DNA from: a virus
Taxonomy: Duplodnaviria > Caudoviricetes
Virus record (IMG/VR): IMGVR_UViG_3300027914_001163
Location: 64,001-128,000 of that record
Reading direction: 5' to 3' (one strand)
DNA length: 64,000 nt
The position numbers and the translations under genes are program-made. The notes under the pieces are model-generated. The model was not told the DNA's origin. It searched no databases and saw only the letters and a program-made list of their open reading frames with translations. Shown in pieces: positions 8,758 to 19,180 of the stretch (the stretch's first letter is position 1; each line of letters opens with the position of its first letter).

Positions 8758-10888
8758 GGTTGAAATTGTAAAACAGGAAGTTACGTATCCCGATATTGAC
8801 ACAGATATAGCCGGTGAGTATCGGAATGACCTTATAGCATATCTCAAAAATAAATATCATGAAGATAATGTGTGCTTCGTTGGGAACCGGCTTGAGTATT
8901 CTCCTAAGAGTATTATCCGTGACTTGGGGCAAGTGTATGAAATTCCTTCTTCAGAGACCGTAAAGTGCTCCAAGGAGTTCAATGATGGGCTATCTGTTCG
9001 TGAAAACATGAAGATGAACAGCAAGATTAAAGAATATTTTAATGCTCACCCTATTCTAATTGATAAAGTTGACAAATTAATTGGTGTAGTTTCGGGTTTT
9101 GGTGTCCATGCCGGTGGTGTTGTCATCACTGATACACGATATTCACTGAAAAAATACTGCGCTTTGCAGAGATCAAACATGGATGCCGCCGTTGCAACCC
9201 TGTGGACAAAGGATGAATTACAGCCGATTGGCATTGTAAAATACGATTTTCTCGGTTTAACCACAGCCGGACAGAATCATGTTATCAAAAAAATGGTCGG
9301 TCTTGATCCTTATGGGGCTATTAATGACGAGGTAGACGAAGTATACCATGATATTGTCGATAATAAGAAGCATAGAAATATATTTCAGTTTGAAAGTGAA
9401 CTCGGAAAACGTGCTATTGAAGATTTAAAACCTATGAATTTCATGGAAGTAGCCAACGCTTCTGGTATCATTCGGATTGTTGGAACGCAGGAAGGACGTG
9501 AAATTTATGATTCGTACAAATCATATGTTGCCAGAGTTCACGAAGGCGATTATGATTATTGGAAAGAACGGTTGCGTCAGGAAGTAACCGAACAAAAAAA
9601 CTACGATATATGCGTTAAAGTCCTGGGAGATTCATATGGAATTCTTATTTATCAGGAGCAACTTGCAAATCTGGTAAAATATTTGTCTCAGGGACACAAA
9701 ACGTTTACTGACGGAAATAAAGTACGGAAAACATTAGAGAATCATAGTAAAAAATATGGTTCGTTGTATAAATTACAAGGCAATCCAGAAGGTTTAAAAA
9801 AGTGGCACGATGCATTTATGGCTATATTAAATGAATATCTTCTGCCGTACTTGGGAAAAGACGGATGGGGTTCTCCGAATAAAGACCTTCAGAATTTTTT
9901 GAATTTTAAACTCGATGACGATAATCAATTACCTACTCCAAAGTATGGAATAATTAAGTGGTTTATTTCATCAACGGCGTATTTGTTCTCAAAACTACAT
10001 GCTGTGGCCTATACGCAAAACACCTACGATGCTATGTATCTGAAACATTTTCATCCGTTGGAGTTCTGGACGGGAAGCCTGACTTATGAACGTACCGATC
10101 TCAATAAGATAACATCATACTTGGCGGCGATTCAAGCCGAGACAACAATTAAAGTTCTACCTCCCGATATAAATAATTCAGATGTTGTTTTTACAGTTGA
10201 AGGAGAGGATATACGATATGGCCTTGGAGCCATTATGAATATGAATGAAGCTGCCGTGTCGATTATTAATGACAGAAATGTAAGAGGGAAGTATAATTCT
10301 CTGGGTGATTTTATAAATCGATTAGGCTCCAGGATTGCCAACAAAAGAACCGTTGAAGCATTATTATATTCAAATGCATTTTCTATGTTTGGATCGATAG
10401 AAGAAGTGTATAATATTTTAATTTCTAAAAATATTATTATTGACAAGCCAAATATGGACGCTATAAATTTGTCATTAAAAGAGACGCAGTATTTGGGGTT
10501 TGCGCTTGTTAATAAACATCCGTTGTTGGCAACCGCATATCAGTATTTACCAATCGAAAGTTTTACGAACACAGTAACCGGAGATGTCGCTGTCCATATT
10601 CTCGATTTAAAATATAAGACAACGAAAAAAAATAAACCGTATGCTGTTTTTAAATGTCAGTGTCTTAACAGTTTTGAAACATTTAATGTTTTCGATTGGG
10701 ATAACAACGCAATGAACTTCGAAAAGGGAAAATTTGAAGTTATGCATATTAAGAAAAATGGAGATTTTTATAATCTGGTTATGACGAAGGATTATGACGG
10801 AAATTCTTCTGGACAATTAGCGAAAGAGAGTTTTAAACTTTTTTCACAACCAGGTTTAAAAAGCACATTAAAATCTTTGCTCAAATAA
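8744..10888 (+). CDS. dnaE: DNA polymerase III alpha, C-terminal part
   Basis: PDIDTD, GVHAGGVV, KYDFLGL, LIYQEQL, FSKLHAVAY, PPDINNS. Confidence 0.93.
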   Translation: MKVSKVEIVKQEVTYPDIDTDIAGEYRNDLIAYLKNKYHEDNVCFVGNRLEYSPKSIIRDLGQVYEIPSSETVKCSKEFNDGLSVRENMKMNSKIKEYFNAHPILIDKVDKLIGVVSGFGVHAGGVVITDTRYSLKKYCALQRSNMDAAVATLWTKDELQPIGIVKYDFLGLTTAGQNHVIKKMVGLDPYGAINDEVDEVYHDIVDNKKHRNIFQFESELGKRAIEDLKPMNFMEVANASGIIRIVGTQEGREIYDSYKSYVARVHEGDYDYWKERLRQEVTEQKNYDICVKVLGDSYGILIYQEQLANLVKYLSQGHKTFTDGNKVRKTLENHSKKYGSLYKLQGNPEGLKKWHDAFMAILNEYLLPYLGKDGWGSPNKDLQNFLNFKLDDDNQLPTPKYGIIKWFISSTAYLFSKLHAVAYTQNTYDAMYLKHFHPLEFWTGSLTYERTDLNKITSYLAAIQAETTIKVLPPDINNSDVVFTVEGEDIRYGLGAIMNMNEAAVSIINDRNVRGKYNSLGDFINRLGSRIANKRTVEALLYSNAFSMFGSIEEVYNILISKNIIIDKPNMDAINLSLKETQYLGFALVNKHPLLATAYQYLPIESFTNTVTGDVAVHILDLKYKTTKKNKPYAVFKCQCLNSFETFNVFDWDNNAMNFEKGKFEVMHIKKNGDFYNLVMTKDYDGNSSGQLAKESFKLFSQPGLKSTLKSLLK

Positions 10889-10901
10889 TATAATTATATC
10901 A

Positions 10902-10921
10902 GTTGCAACATGGTAAAGTTT
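10902..10921 (+). repeat. partial degenerate copy of the CRISPR repeat 5' half
   Basis: GTTGCAACATGGTAAAGTTT matches repeat nt 1-20 at 17/20; intergenic. Confidence 0.45.
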
Positions 10922-11019
10922 ATTTACTACAAAGCGGGGAGCGCAACGATTCAGATTATTGTTTGACATTAAATTAAAACTCTCCGCTTATTTTATTTTA
11001 TTTTACAAGGTGAGCGTAC

Positions 11020-11352
11020 ATGAGAAGAAGTAAGGCGAGAAAGAGGTCTGAAGAACTCAAAAAATCTTATGCAGAAGACATGAAAGAACTCTCTGATCGA
11101 AAAAAAGAAATATTAGAGAGTTATGAAAAAAACACACTTCGTAGCCCTGCCGCTCAAGAAGAATTCGAAAAAGAAAAAAAAGATTTTGAACAACGTGTTC
11201 GTAATTTGGTTTTTATGAACCATAAACAGCGTCGAAACTATTTGAAAAGAAATCCCGATCTTCGGGGAGCTGCAATACATTTCTCTCGTGAACAATCCGA
11301 GCAGATTACAAAACAACAAATGCCGAAACCAACAGAAGAAGAAAAAAAATGA
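11020..11352 (+). CDS. hypothetical coiled-coil protein
   Basis: ORF with stop overlapping the next start. Confidence 0.6.
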   Translation: MRRSKARKRSEELKKSYAEDMKELSDRKKEILESYEKNTLRSPAAQEEFEKEKKDFEQRVRNLVFMNHKQRRNYLKRNPDLRGAAIHFSREQSEQITKQQMPKPTEEEKK

Positions 11353-12572
11353 TACGACACTTTGATGCATTCTCCGGTTATGGTGGATTTTCAATTGCTT
11401 TACATGATTTTGTTGAAACTGTTGGTTTCAGCGAGGTAGACAAATATGCAAACTCAGTCCTTAGATACCGATTTCCGAATATCAAAAATTATGGAGATGT
11501 CTGCGCAATTGATTCAAAACATCTTCCCGATTTTGATTTGCTCACAGGCGGATCACCTTGCCAAGATTTCTCTATTGCTGGACAAAGGAAAGGGATTGTT
11601 GGTGAAAGATCAGGATTATTTTTTCAATTCATCAGACTCCTTAAAGAAAAACAACCTCGTAATTTTATCTTTGAAAATGTTAAAGGTGTGCTATCGGCTC
11701 ATGGAGGATGGGACATTGGAAGGATGCAAATTGAAATTTCCGAAGCGGGGTACGATTGTCAATGGCAAGTTCTCAATGCCAGAGACTTTGGGATACCTCA
11801 AAATAGAGAACGTATCTTTATTGTCGGAACTCTTCGAGGAGAATCCTTCAGACAAATATTTTCTCTCGTCACAAGCCTTGAACTATATCGAACGAAGAAC
11901 GGAAACAGCGAAGCAGAAGGGGAACGGGTTCGGGGTGAATCTTGTGGAGCAAAAGATTGCGTCACAGCCATAACTCAGAATTATCATAAAGGCGTTCATT
12001 GTGGCGGAGAAACTTATGTTCTACAACAACTCGGCAACATAGATCAAAAAGGCCACAACTCAATATGGGGAAGAGTATACAGCCCTGATGGTATTGCGCC
12101 GACACTTAACAGTGAAGGTGGTGGCCTGGGAGCCAAGACCGGTTTGTTCCTGGTGAAAGACTGGAAGTTTCTCACTGAACGCCGAACTGAAGAAGCGAAA
12201 GAAATCCGCCGTAAAACCATGAAAGAAGAGGGTAGAGATTATTGTCCAAGACGTGGCAAAGAATTAGTGGCTCGTGAAGATGGTGTAGGAAACTGTGTAA
12301 CAGCCACGCAGGGAAAAGAACAATTGCTTACAGATGGTTTTCGGATACGCCGTTTGACACCGCTTGAATGCGAACGTCTTATGGGACTGGAAGATGGGTG
12401 GACGAAAATCGGAATTGATGAATCAGGAAAACAAATAGAACTATCAGATGTGCAACGCTATCGCCTGTGCGGTAACGGAATTGTCGTTAACGTAGTTCGA
12501 GAAATAGGGAAATTATTGTTTCAGGAGAGCGAGAGTGAAACCAATCAAATTGATAATAGGCGCATCGGGTAG
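11349..12572 (+). CDS. DNA (cytosine-5) methyltransferase
   Basis: FSGYGG, GGSPCQDFS, FENV, PQNRERIF, CGNGI. Confidence 0.95.
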   Translation: MIRHFDAFSGYGGFSIALHDFVETVGFSEVDKYANSVLRYRFPNIKNYGDVCAIDSKHLPDFDLLTGGSPCQDFSIAGQRKGIVGERSGLFFQFIRLLKEKQPRNFIFENVKGVLSAHGGWDIGRMQIEISEAGYDCQWQVLNARDFGIPQNRERIFIVGTLRGESFRQIFSLVTSLELYRTKNGNSEAEGERVRGESCGAKDCVTAITQNYHKGVHCGGETYVLQQLGNIDQKGHNSIWGRVYSPDGIAPTLNSEGGGLGAKTGLFLVKDWKFLTERRTEEAKEIRRKTMKEEGRDYCPRRGKELVAREDGVGNCVTATQGKEQLLTDGFRIRRLTPLECERLMGLEDGWTKIGIDESGKQIELSDVQRYRLCGNGIVVNVVREIGKLLFQESESETNQIDNRRIG

Positions 12573-13047
12573 CGGAAAGAATTTTTTAGTTGAAACATTT
12601 CATTGCCAAGCAATTCCTTCATATACCACCAGACCACCCCGCCAGGGAGAAATCGATGGAATAGAGCATAGCTTCTCAACAATGGAAGAGTGGGAAAAGT
12701 TTTTTAAAAACCAAAACAATATTGTTGCCTGGACGGAGTACCATAATAATTTTTATTGGTCTACCGTTGAACAATTTGAGTATGAAGAAAACGATACATA
12801 TATTATTGATCCTGCCGGTTTATTTTCAATGTTCGATAAATATGATCAAGGTTTGCTCGACAGGCCATTTTCAATTGTTTATTTGAAAGTGCCGTTGTGG
12901 AAACGTATCAGAAATATGCGTAGAAGAAAAGATAGTTGGAAGAATATTCTGAAGAGAGTTTTAAATGATTGGGTTATTTTTACAAAATTTGAAAACGATC
13001 TGAAGTATTTTTCTGAAAACTTTCCAGTAAAAATAGTGGAGTTTTAA
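12535..13047 (+). CDS. guanylate kinase-like nucleotide kinase
   Basis: GASGSGK, YTTRPPRQGEIDG. Confidence 0.85.
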   Translation: MKPIKLIIGASGSGKNFLVETFHCQAIPSYTTRPPRQGEIDGIEHSFSTMEEWEKFFKNQNNIVAWTEYHNNFYWSTVEQFEYEENDTYIIDPAGLFSMFDKYDQGLLDRPFSIVYLKVPLWKRIRNMRRRKDSWKNILKRVLNDWVIFTKFENDLKYFSENFPVKIVEF

Positions 13048-13049
13048 TT

Positions 13050-13235
13050 ATGCCAATGCATTGTTTTAAATGCGATACATGCGGAAAGGAATTTGATGAA
13101 ATGCTTTCGAAGGAAGATTTGGACATAATACCGTTCTGCCCTTCATGCGACAGTCCTGACAAAGTGAGAAAAATTTTCAAACCTGTTCCGCTCAAATTTA
13201 ATGGTTCAGGATTTACAAAACGAAGAAGAGGATAG
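13050..13235 (+). CDS. FmdB-family zinc ribbon protein
   Basis: MP..FKCDTCG...CPSC...FNGSGF. Confidence 0.8.
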   Translation: MPMHCFKCDTCGKEFDEMLSKEDLDIIPFCPSCDSPDKVRKIFKPVPLKFNGSGFTKRRRG

Positions 13236-13250
13236 AGGAGATTGCGGTAT

Positions 13251-14885
13251 ATGAGTAATAGTCAAGATTCCATGACTCAAGAAGAACAATTAAAGCAATC
13301 TATAATTGCTGAAGTTATACGACTTAATAAAGAATATCAAAAACAATATCCAGGAAAAACAATCAGCAGAGATTATTTTCGTAGATATTATTCAAAAAAA
13401 ATAGAAGGTATTTCTTTTTATACTGCGCTATTTGGTGGTTTTAAACAATTACTTAAAGCTGCTAATATAACCCGATCAAAAGAACAAGACAATAAAATGT
13501 GTCGGGATTCCTTTGATATTAAAATCGATGCTGCTAAAAAGCCATATCCACGAGGTTACTTTGTAACAGCCGCCATTGCCGGTGCTACATTGGAAAAAGA
13601 TTTTTTTGAATCCGTGTTAACGTATTGCAAGTATAATAATTATAAATTGCTGATTGAGTTGATGCGTGGTGTTCGTCTGAAGGAAGATTATTTTGATGAT
13701 GATATTCTTCAATACTCAGATCATTTTTGTACTGAGTATATTTTTAACAAAAATCTACGTGCTTTTGATTTTATGTTATCTCCTCAATTTGAAAAACCAA
13801 TCAGTGGTTTGACTCGTTATGGTCATAAAGGACATAGCATGATTATCGCTTCACCAAAACAACAATTGGCTTCCGTTCCAGTTGGAAAAGAAAAACTTCC
13901 TCATATTGTCTGTAGCACCGGCAGTATCACTATGCCAGATTATGCAAACAACAAAGCCGGAAGAAAAGCCCATCAAGATCATGTCTGCGGTGGTTTGGTT
14001 GTTGAGATAGAAGACGCTGAAACATTTCACATACGGCAAGTGCAGTCTGATAAACATGGCGGGTTTTATGATTTGAATAAATATTATTCAAAGAATAAGG
14101 TTAAAACTATTTCGTGTGAAGCGTTGGTCCTGGGAGATATTCATACCGGCTTTGAAGATGAAAATGCAATGTTGGCATCGAAAGAACAAATTAAATTGTT
14201 GAATCCACGGACAGTTGTTTTGCACGATGTATTTGATGGACATTCTATCAATCATCATCATCTCAATAACATAAAACGTCAAGTCAAACGTATTCCAAAG
14301 ATTGATACGCTCGAAAAAGAATTGAGGCATTTGGGAGACTCTTTGGTATCGCTTACGTCTTCGTTTCCGAAACAGAGGTTTGTTATCGTTCGTTCCAATC
14401 ATGATGAATTTCTGGATCGTTATTTGAATGAACGAAATTTCGTTAATGATCGTGTAAACTATCGTCTTGCTTTACAGTTGGCGTTGTGGCAGTTGGATGA
14501 CAATAATCCTATTCAAGAATTCTTGTATGAGAATGATTATCTCATATCGAATGCCACATGGCTCACCAGGGAACAGGATTTTAAGATAGAGGGAATTCAG
14601 GTTGGTTCTCATGGAGACAAAGGGAGTAATGGAGGTCGTGCATCTATTACCACTCTGGAGTTGGCGTATGGCAACAGCATGTCAGGCCATTCTCATTCTC
14701 CGGCTATTCTGAGAAACACTTGGATTGTGGGAACGAACACAAAACTGCGCATGGATTATAACGCCGACGAAACAAGTTCGTGGCTTCATGCCAATGGCGT
14801 AATTTATCCTGGCGGAACAAGATCAATGTTAATAAGCATTAATGGTCGCTGGAGGTTACCAGATGGAAAACGAAAAAAACATTAA
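13251..14885 (+). CDS. large metallophosphoesterase-domain protein
   Basis: GDIH, HDVFDG, SNHD, HGD, GHSHSP; start could be TTG at 13242. Confidence 0.75.
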   Translation: MSNSQDSMTQEEQLKQSIIAEVIRLNKEYQKQYPGKTISRDYFRRYYSKKIEGISFYTALFGGFKQLLKAANITRSKEQDNKMCRDSFDIKIDAAKKPYPRGYFVTAAIAGATLEKDFFESVLTYCKYNNYKLLIELMRGVRLKEDYFDDDILQYSDHFCTEYIFNKNLRAFDFMLSPQFEKPISGLTRYGHKGHSMIIASPKQQLASVPVGKEKLPHIVCSTGSITMPDYANNKAGRKAHQDHVCGGLVVEIEDAETFHIRQVQSDKHGGFYDLNKYYSKNKVKTISCEALVLGDIHTGFEDENAMLASKEQIKLLNPRTVVLHDVFDGHSINHHHLNNIKRQVKRIPKIDTLEKELRHLGDSLVSLTSSFPKQRFVIVRSNHDEFLDRYLNERNFVNDRVNYRLALQLALWQLDDNNPIQEFLYENDYLISNATWLTREQDFKIEGIQVGSHGDKGSNGGRASITTLELAYGNSMSGHSHSPAILRNTWIVGTNTKLRMDYNADETSSWLHANGVIYPGGTRSMLISINGRWRLPDGKRKKH

Positions 14886-15095
14886 GTGGGAAATTGAGCC
14901 TGAGAGAAAATGCAAGTCGTGTACGTGGGGAGGAATGGCAAATGAAGCGGGTATTTGCCGTGGTGCAGTTGTTAATCCGAAACCGCTGACGGATTTATTT
15001 ATTCCGTGTGAAAAGATGAGTATGAAGTATGGCGTAACCGTGATGATCCGTCAAACAAATGACGGTTGTAATTTACATAGATACCTGGAGGAAGC

Positions 15096-17024
15096 ATGAA
15101 GAATTTGAAGAAAGATTCGATCAATGGAAACTTTCAAGAATTTATATTTGTTCGAACATACGCAAGATGGATCGATGAATTAAATCGCAGAGAGCATTGG
15201 GATGAAACTGTACAACGTTATTGCAGTTATATGAAAACAAAACTCGGTGATAAAATTACCGATAAAGAACTCAAGGATGTTTTTAATGCCATTTACAATA
15301 TGGAAGTAATGCCTTCCATGAGAGCACTGTGGAGTGCGGGTGGTGCGGCCGATGCCGATAACTTTGCTATGTTCAATTGTGCCTTTACCACGATTGAATC
15401 ATTAAAAGATTTCGCAGAGATATTATATATTCTTATGAACGGTACAGGTGTTGGTTTTTCTGTTGAAAGAAAATATATAAACAACCTTCCAGAGATCAAC
15501 GAGAAGGTAGCCGATGCCAAAGAAATAAATATCATTTTCGAAGATAGCAAACTTGGATGGGCGCAGGGATTTGAGAAAGTTCTGAAGTGTTTGTGGGCTG
15601 GCGTTCCATTTAAGTGCGACTATTCCAAGATACGTCCGAGGGGAGCACGGCTGAAGACGTTTGGCGGACGAGCCTCCGGACCTGAGCCTTTGATGGCCCT
15701 GGTCAAGTTTGTGACAGAGATTGTTGAGCGGAATCGTGGTCTTCAGATACAACCTATTGATGCTCACGACATAGCCTGTAAGATTGCCGATATTGTTGTT
15801 GTTGGCGGTGTTCGCCGGTCTGCTCTTATATCGTTGTCAGATTTGACAGATAATCAAATGGCTCATGCCAAGAGCGGAGAATTCTGGCACACCCATCCTC
15901 ATCGTAAACTCTCAAACAATTCAGTATCATACACCAGGAAACCAGACCTTCTATCATTCATAGACGAATGGAAGAATCTTTATAAATCAAAATCAGGAGA
16001 GCGTGGAATATTTAATCGTGTTGCAGCTCAACTGAAAGCATCAGAAAACCAAAGACGAATTCATACAGAGGTTGTTGGAACAAATCCATGCGGTGAAGTT
16101 CTTCTTCGCAATAAACAACTGTGTAATCTTACTGAGGTTGTTGTCAGGCCGGATGATACGTTTGAAACTCTGAAACAGAAAGTAAAAATTGCTACCATGC
16201 TTGGGACCTGGCAAGCATCGTTTACGGATTTTCATTTTGTTGATAAGAAATGGAAAGAGAATTGTGATGAAGAACGCTTGCTTGGCGTATCACTGACTGG
16301 TGTTCGAGATCATAAATATCTCGGATGTGTTAATGATACTGCAAAAAAATGGCTTTCAGATTTAAAACATGTTGCCATTGCTACTAACAAAAAAGTATCA
16401 ACAAAACTTGGCATTAACCGAGCAACAGCAATTACATGTATTAAGCCGAGCGGAACAGTTTCTCTTCTTGTTGATAGTGCGCCAGGGGCGCACACCAGGC
16501 AGACTAAAACTGGATACTATATCAGGCGGGTTCGTATTTCTGCGACCGATCCTCTTTTGAGAGTTTTTCAGGAAGCAAACATGCCAGTGAAAGCGGAAGT
16601 TGGCGAGAGCCTTGATAATTGTACAACCTATGTTCTTGAGTTCCCCTGCCGTGCGCCGAAAGATGCAAAAACAAAAATGGATGAAACGGCGCAGGAGCAA
16701 TTGGAATTCTGGAAAATGTATCGTGCGTTTTGGTGTGAACATAATCCCTCGATTACAATTTATGTTTCAGAAGAAGAATGGCTCCGTACAGCAACCTGGG
16801 TATACGAAAATTTTGATGAGATTGGCGGTCTTACATTCCTGCCGACATCAGATCACGTATATCAATTGGCTCCTTATGAAGATATTGATGAAGAAACATA
16901 TAAACAAATGAGCGCAGCAATGCCCAAGATTGATTTTGATAAACTCGCAGTATACGAAACCGAGGACATGACTGAGGGTTCCAAGGAGTATGCTTGCACT
17001 GGAGGGTCTTGCGAATTGCGTTAA
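15096..17024 (+). CDS. nrdJ: class II (B12-dependent) ribonucleotide reductase
   Basis: FNCAF, GVRRSA, TNPCGEV, CNLTEV, KPSGT, C-terminal CTGGSC. Confidence 0.93.
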   Translation: MKNLKKDSINGNFQEFIFVRTYARWIDELNRREHWDETVQRYCSYMKTKLGDKITDKELKDVFNAIYNMEVMPSMRALWSAGGAADADNFAMFNCAFTTIESLKDFAEILYILMNGTGVGFSVERKYINNLPEINEKVADAKEINIIFEDSKLGWAQGFEKVLKCLWAGVPFKCDYSKIRPRGARLKTFGGRASGPEPLMALVKFVTEIVERNRGLQIQPIDAHDIACKIADIVVVGGVRRSALISLSDLTDNQMAHAKSGEFWHTHPHRKLSNNSVSYTRKPDLLSFIDEWKNLYKSKSGERGIFNRVAAQLKASENQRRIHTEVVGTNPCGEVLLRNKQLCNLTEVVVRPDDTFETLKQKVKIATMLGTWQASFTDFHFVDKKWKENCDEERLLGVSLTGVRDHKYLGCVNDTAKKWLSDLKHVAIATNKKVSTKLGINRATAITCIKPSGTVSLLVDSAPGAHTRQTKTGYYIRRVRISATDPLLRVFQEANMPVKAEVGESLDNCTTYVLEFPCRAPKDAKTKMDETAQEQLEFWKMYRAFWCEHNPSITIYVSEEEWLRTATWVYENFDEIGGLTFLPTSDHVYQLAPYEDIDEETYKQMSAAMPKIDFDKLAVYETEDMTEGSKEYACTGGSCELR

Positions 17025-17067
17025 CTAAGATATTAATCAACTTTTAACATCAGTTTTTCCCACAGTT

Positions 17068-17093
17068 AACTGCCAGAAATGGCAGTTTTTTTT
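17068..17093 (+). terminator. intrinsic terminator
   Basis: AACTGCCA-GAAA-TGGCAGTT followed by a T-tract. Confidence 0.8.
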
Positions 17094-17447
17094 GCACGAA
17101 TTTTAACGTTTTTTGATTGACACATTTTTGATATTTGTATACTTTGATTTTATTCTATTATGGGAGACAGGCATGAGTAACGAGTACACTGATGTAATAA
17201 TAAATCATGATAAACTGACTCGTGAGTGTTATCGTTTCTGGTTTTATGTCGGGACATTATGGCTTGATACATATACATATCAAACTCGTGAAACAACACG
17301 TCATGGATGGAAAACGCAAAAGTTTTATACCCGTTTAGATCATCGTTTTTCGTTGTCACAGATAGAAAATCCTGAAGACGTTCCGTTGTCTGATGAAATT
17401 AAACAACAGGCAATCAAAAAATTTACGGAAACGTTAACGGTACAAAC

Positions 17448-17900
17448 ATGGAAAGACAGAAGATAGAAATACATCTTGATCTTGAAGGAACTGTTATCGT
17501 TGATTGGTGGGATCGGCGGTTTATCAACATTCCTAAAATCAGACAATTCATTCGTGATCGTGAAGTGAACTCAGTGAGTATTTTTTCATTCGCTATACGC
17601 TCAATCGATGATCGTGAAAATATCCTGGGCGATTTAGAATATTTAGGAAAACTGCTTGGCGTAGTTGTCAATTACCCACCGCCAACCTATCAAAATTTTC
17701 AATTGCATCTTATGACTCAGAAAAACATTAAGATTGTTGAAACGATTCCTTATTTGGATACCAAGGAAACCATGTTTATTGAATGGTGTCGCCGGAAAAA
17801 AGATAAGACATGTATTTTAATTGATGATACCGTTGTGGATAAAACCCTTACAATAGAAGATAATGTCCAAATACAACTTTTTAATGTGAATAATCTATAA
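17448..17900 (+). CDS. HAD-like protein
   Basis: LDLEGTV ... LIDD. Confidence 0.55.
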   Translation: MERQKIEIHLDLEGTVIVDWWDRRFINIPKIRQFIRDREVNSVSIFSFAIRSIDDRENILGDLEYLGKLLGVVVNYPPPTYQNFQLHLMTQKNIKIVETIPYLDTKETMFIEWCRRKKDKTCILIDDTVVDKTLTIEDNVQIQLFNVNNL

Positions 17901-17956
17901 ACTGTTTGACATATGGAAATATGGACATCAGTGTCCGATTATACAGGAGTTGATCG

Positions 17957-18481
17957 GTGAAAAAAGTAAAATATTACTTGACAATTTTTTTCTTCTCGCT
18001 CAGTCTTATGTCTCCGGTGTTCGTGTATGACCCAATGATCGATTATTATAAATATCGTGAACACTATTCATGGATGAAGCCGTCATATTTCATTGCGATT
18101 TATAACGCTTCAAAAGTTCATAATGTTTCTGTTGATGAAATATGCGCAGTGATACAATCTGAATCTGAAGGAGACCCAACTGCCATATCGATAGCGAACG
18201 CCAGAGGATTGATGCAAGTTATAGGAAAGCACCATTATCGTGGCGATCCAAGGGATTTGTATGATCCGGCTCTTAATGTTTATCTTGGAACAAAATATTT
18301 TCGTGAATGTAAAATGTTTGCCAAGGGAAATATGGTTCGAGCGTTGATGGCTTATAATGCCGGTCCCGGTTGCAAGCCTGAAAATTATCCAAAAATATTA
18401 AAAGAAAAATATATCAATGTTATTATAAAAAATTCGGAGATAACACGGAAGTTACCAAACAAGCATTATATTATTCAGTGA
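17957..18481 (+). CDS. lytic transglycosylase (SLT domain)
   Basis: IQSES, ARGLMQV, AYNAGPG; N-terminal hydrophobic segment. Confidence 0.9.
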   Translation: MKKVKYYLTIFFFSLSLMSPVFVYDPMIDYYKYREHYSWMKPSYFIAIYNASKVHNVSVDEICAVIQSESEGDPTAISIANARGLMQVIGKHHYRGDPRDLYDPALNVYLGTKYFRECKMFAKGNMVRALMAYNAGPGCKPENYPKILKEKYINVIIKNSEITRKLPNKHYIIQ

Positions 18482-18490
18482 GGTTAGGTA

Positions 18491-19180
18491 ATGAATTACG
18501 TACAAACAAATTGGCTTAACACAGGCATTATTGCCTTTTTCGGTTTTTGTATTTTCTTTGCTTTTGGTGCAGCTTTATTAGTTTGCGTACAGGAGGTTCG
18601 TATGTGGGTCAGAAAAAAAATTAAGCAGTTGCAATTACATATGTCGTTTCTCGGTTCGAAGTATGATGTTCTTTGGAAGATAAACCGGAACATCAACAAC
18701 GAGTTTGATGTTAAAAAATTTATCATGCTGAATCAGGTCGGCGCAATGTTGCATAGCGCATTCGAATCACGCATGGTTGAAATGATTTTTTGCAGTTTCA
18801 TTCAATTCTACGAAGAGAATTATTTCGACATGAAAACCTGGGGATGGTCTGAAGAGCATTTTCCGCACGGCCAGCGTGACGTTACTGATATGTATCGTTG
18901 GATTAAAAAGATTCGCCCTGATAACTACGCCGAAATGAGCAAGATGATCTTCGATGACGCTCAAGCGCAATTGCAGTATTGGGGCAGTCATTACGAAGGA
19001 TTTAATTTTAAAATTCAGCCGGACGGTCAGTTAAAAATCATACCTATTGATTATATTGAATCGTCTGATAAACATTCTCATTATTCAATGGTCATGATGA
19101 AAATGCAAAACGCTCTTCATGATCTTGATTATGAAAAAGCCCTGTGGCTTCTTGACCGTAGGAAACATTTCGGATTGTAA
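18491..19180 (+). CDS. hypothetical membrane protein
   Basis: ORF with N-terminal TM segment. Confidence 0.6.
   Translation: MNYVQTNWLNTGIIAFFGFCIFFAFGAALLVCVQEVRMWVRKKIKQLQLHMSFLGSKYDVLWKINRNINNEFDVKKFIMLNQVGAMLHSAFESRMVEMIFCSFIQFYEENYFDMKTWGWSEEHFPHGQRDVTDMYRWIKKIRPDNYAEMSKMIFDDAQAQLQYWGSHYEGFNFKIQPDGQLKIIPIDYIESSDKHSHYSMVMMKMQNALHDLDYEKALWLLDRRKHFGL

Noticed and set aside
7260-8790. Canonical trans-splicing split intein in DnaE
   Set aside because: No block-A Cys, no terminal His-Asn followed by Cys/Ser/Thr, and the tails are very short
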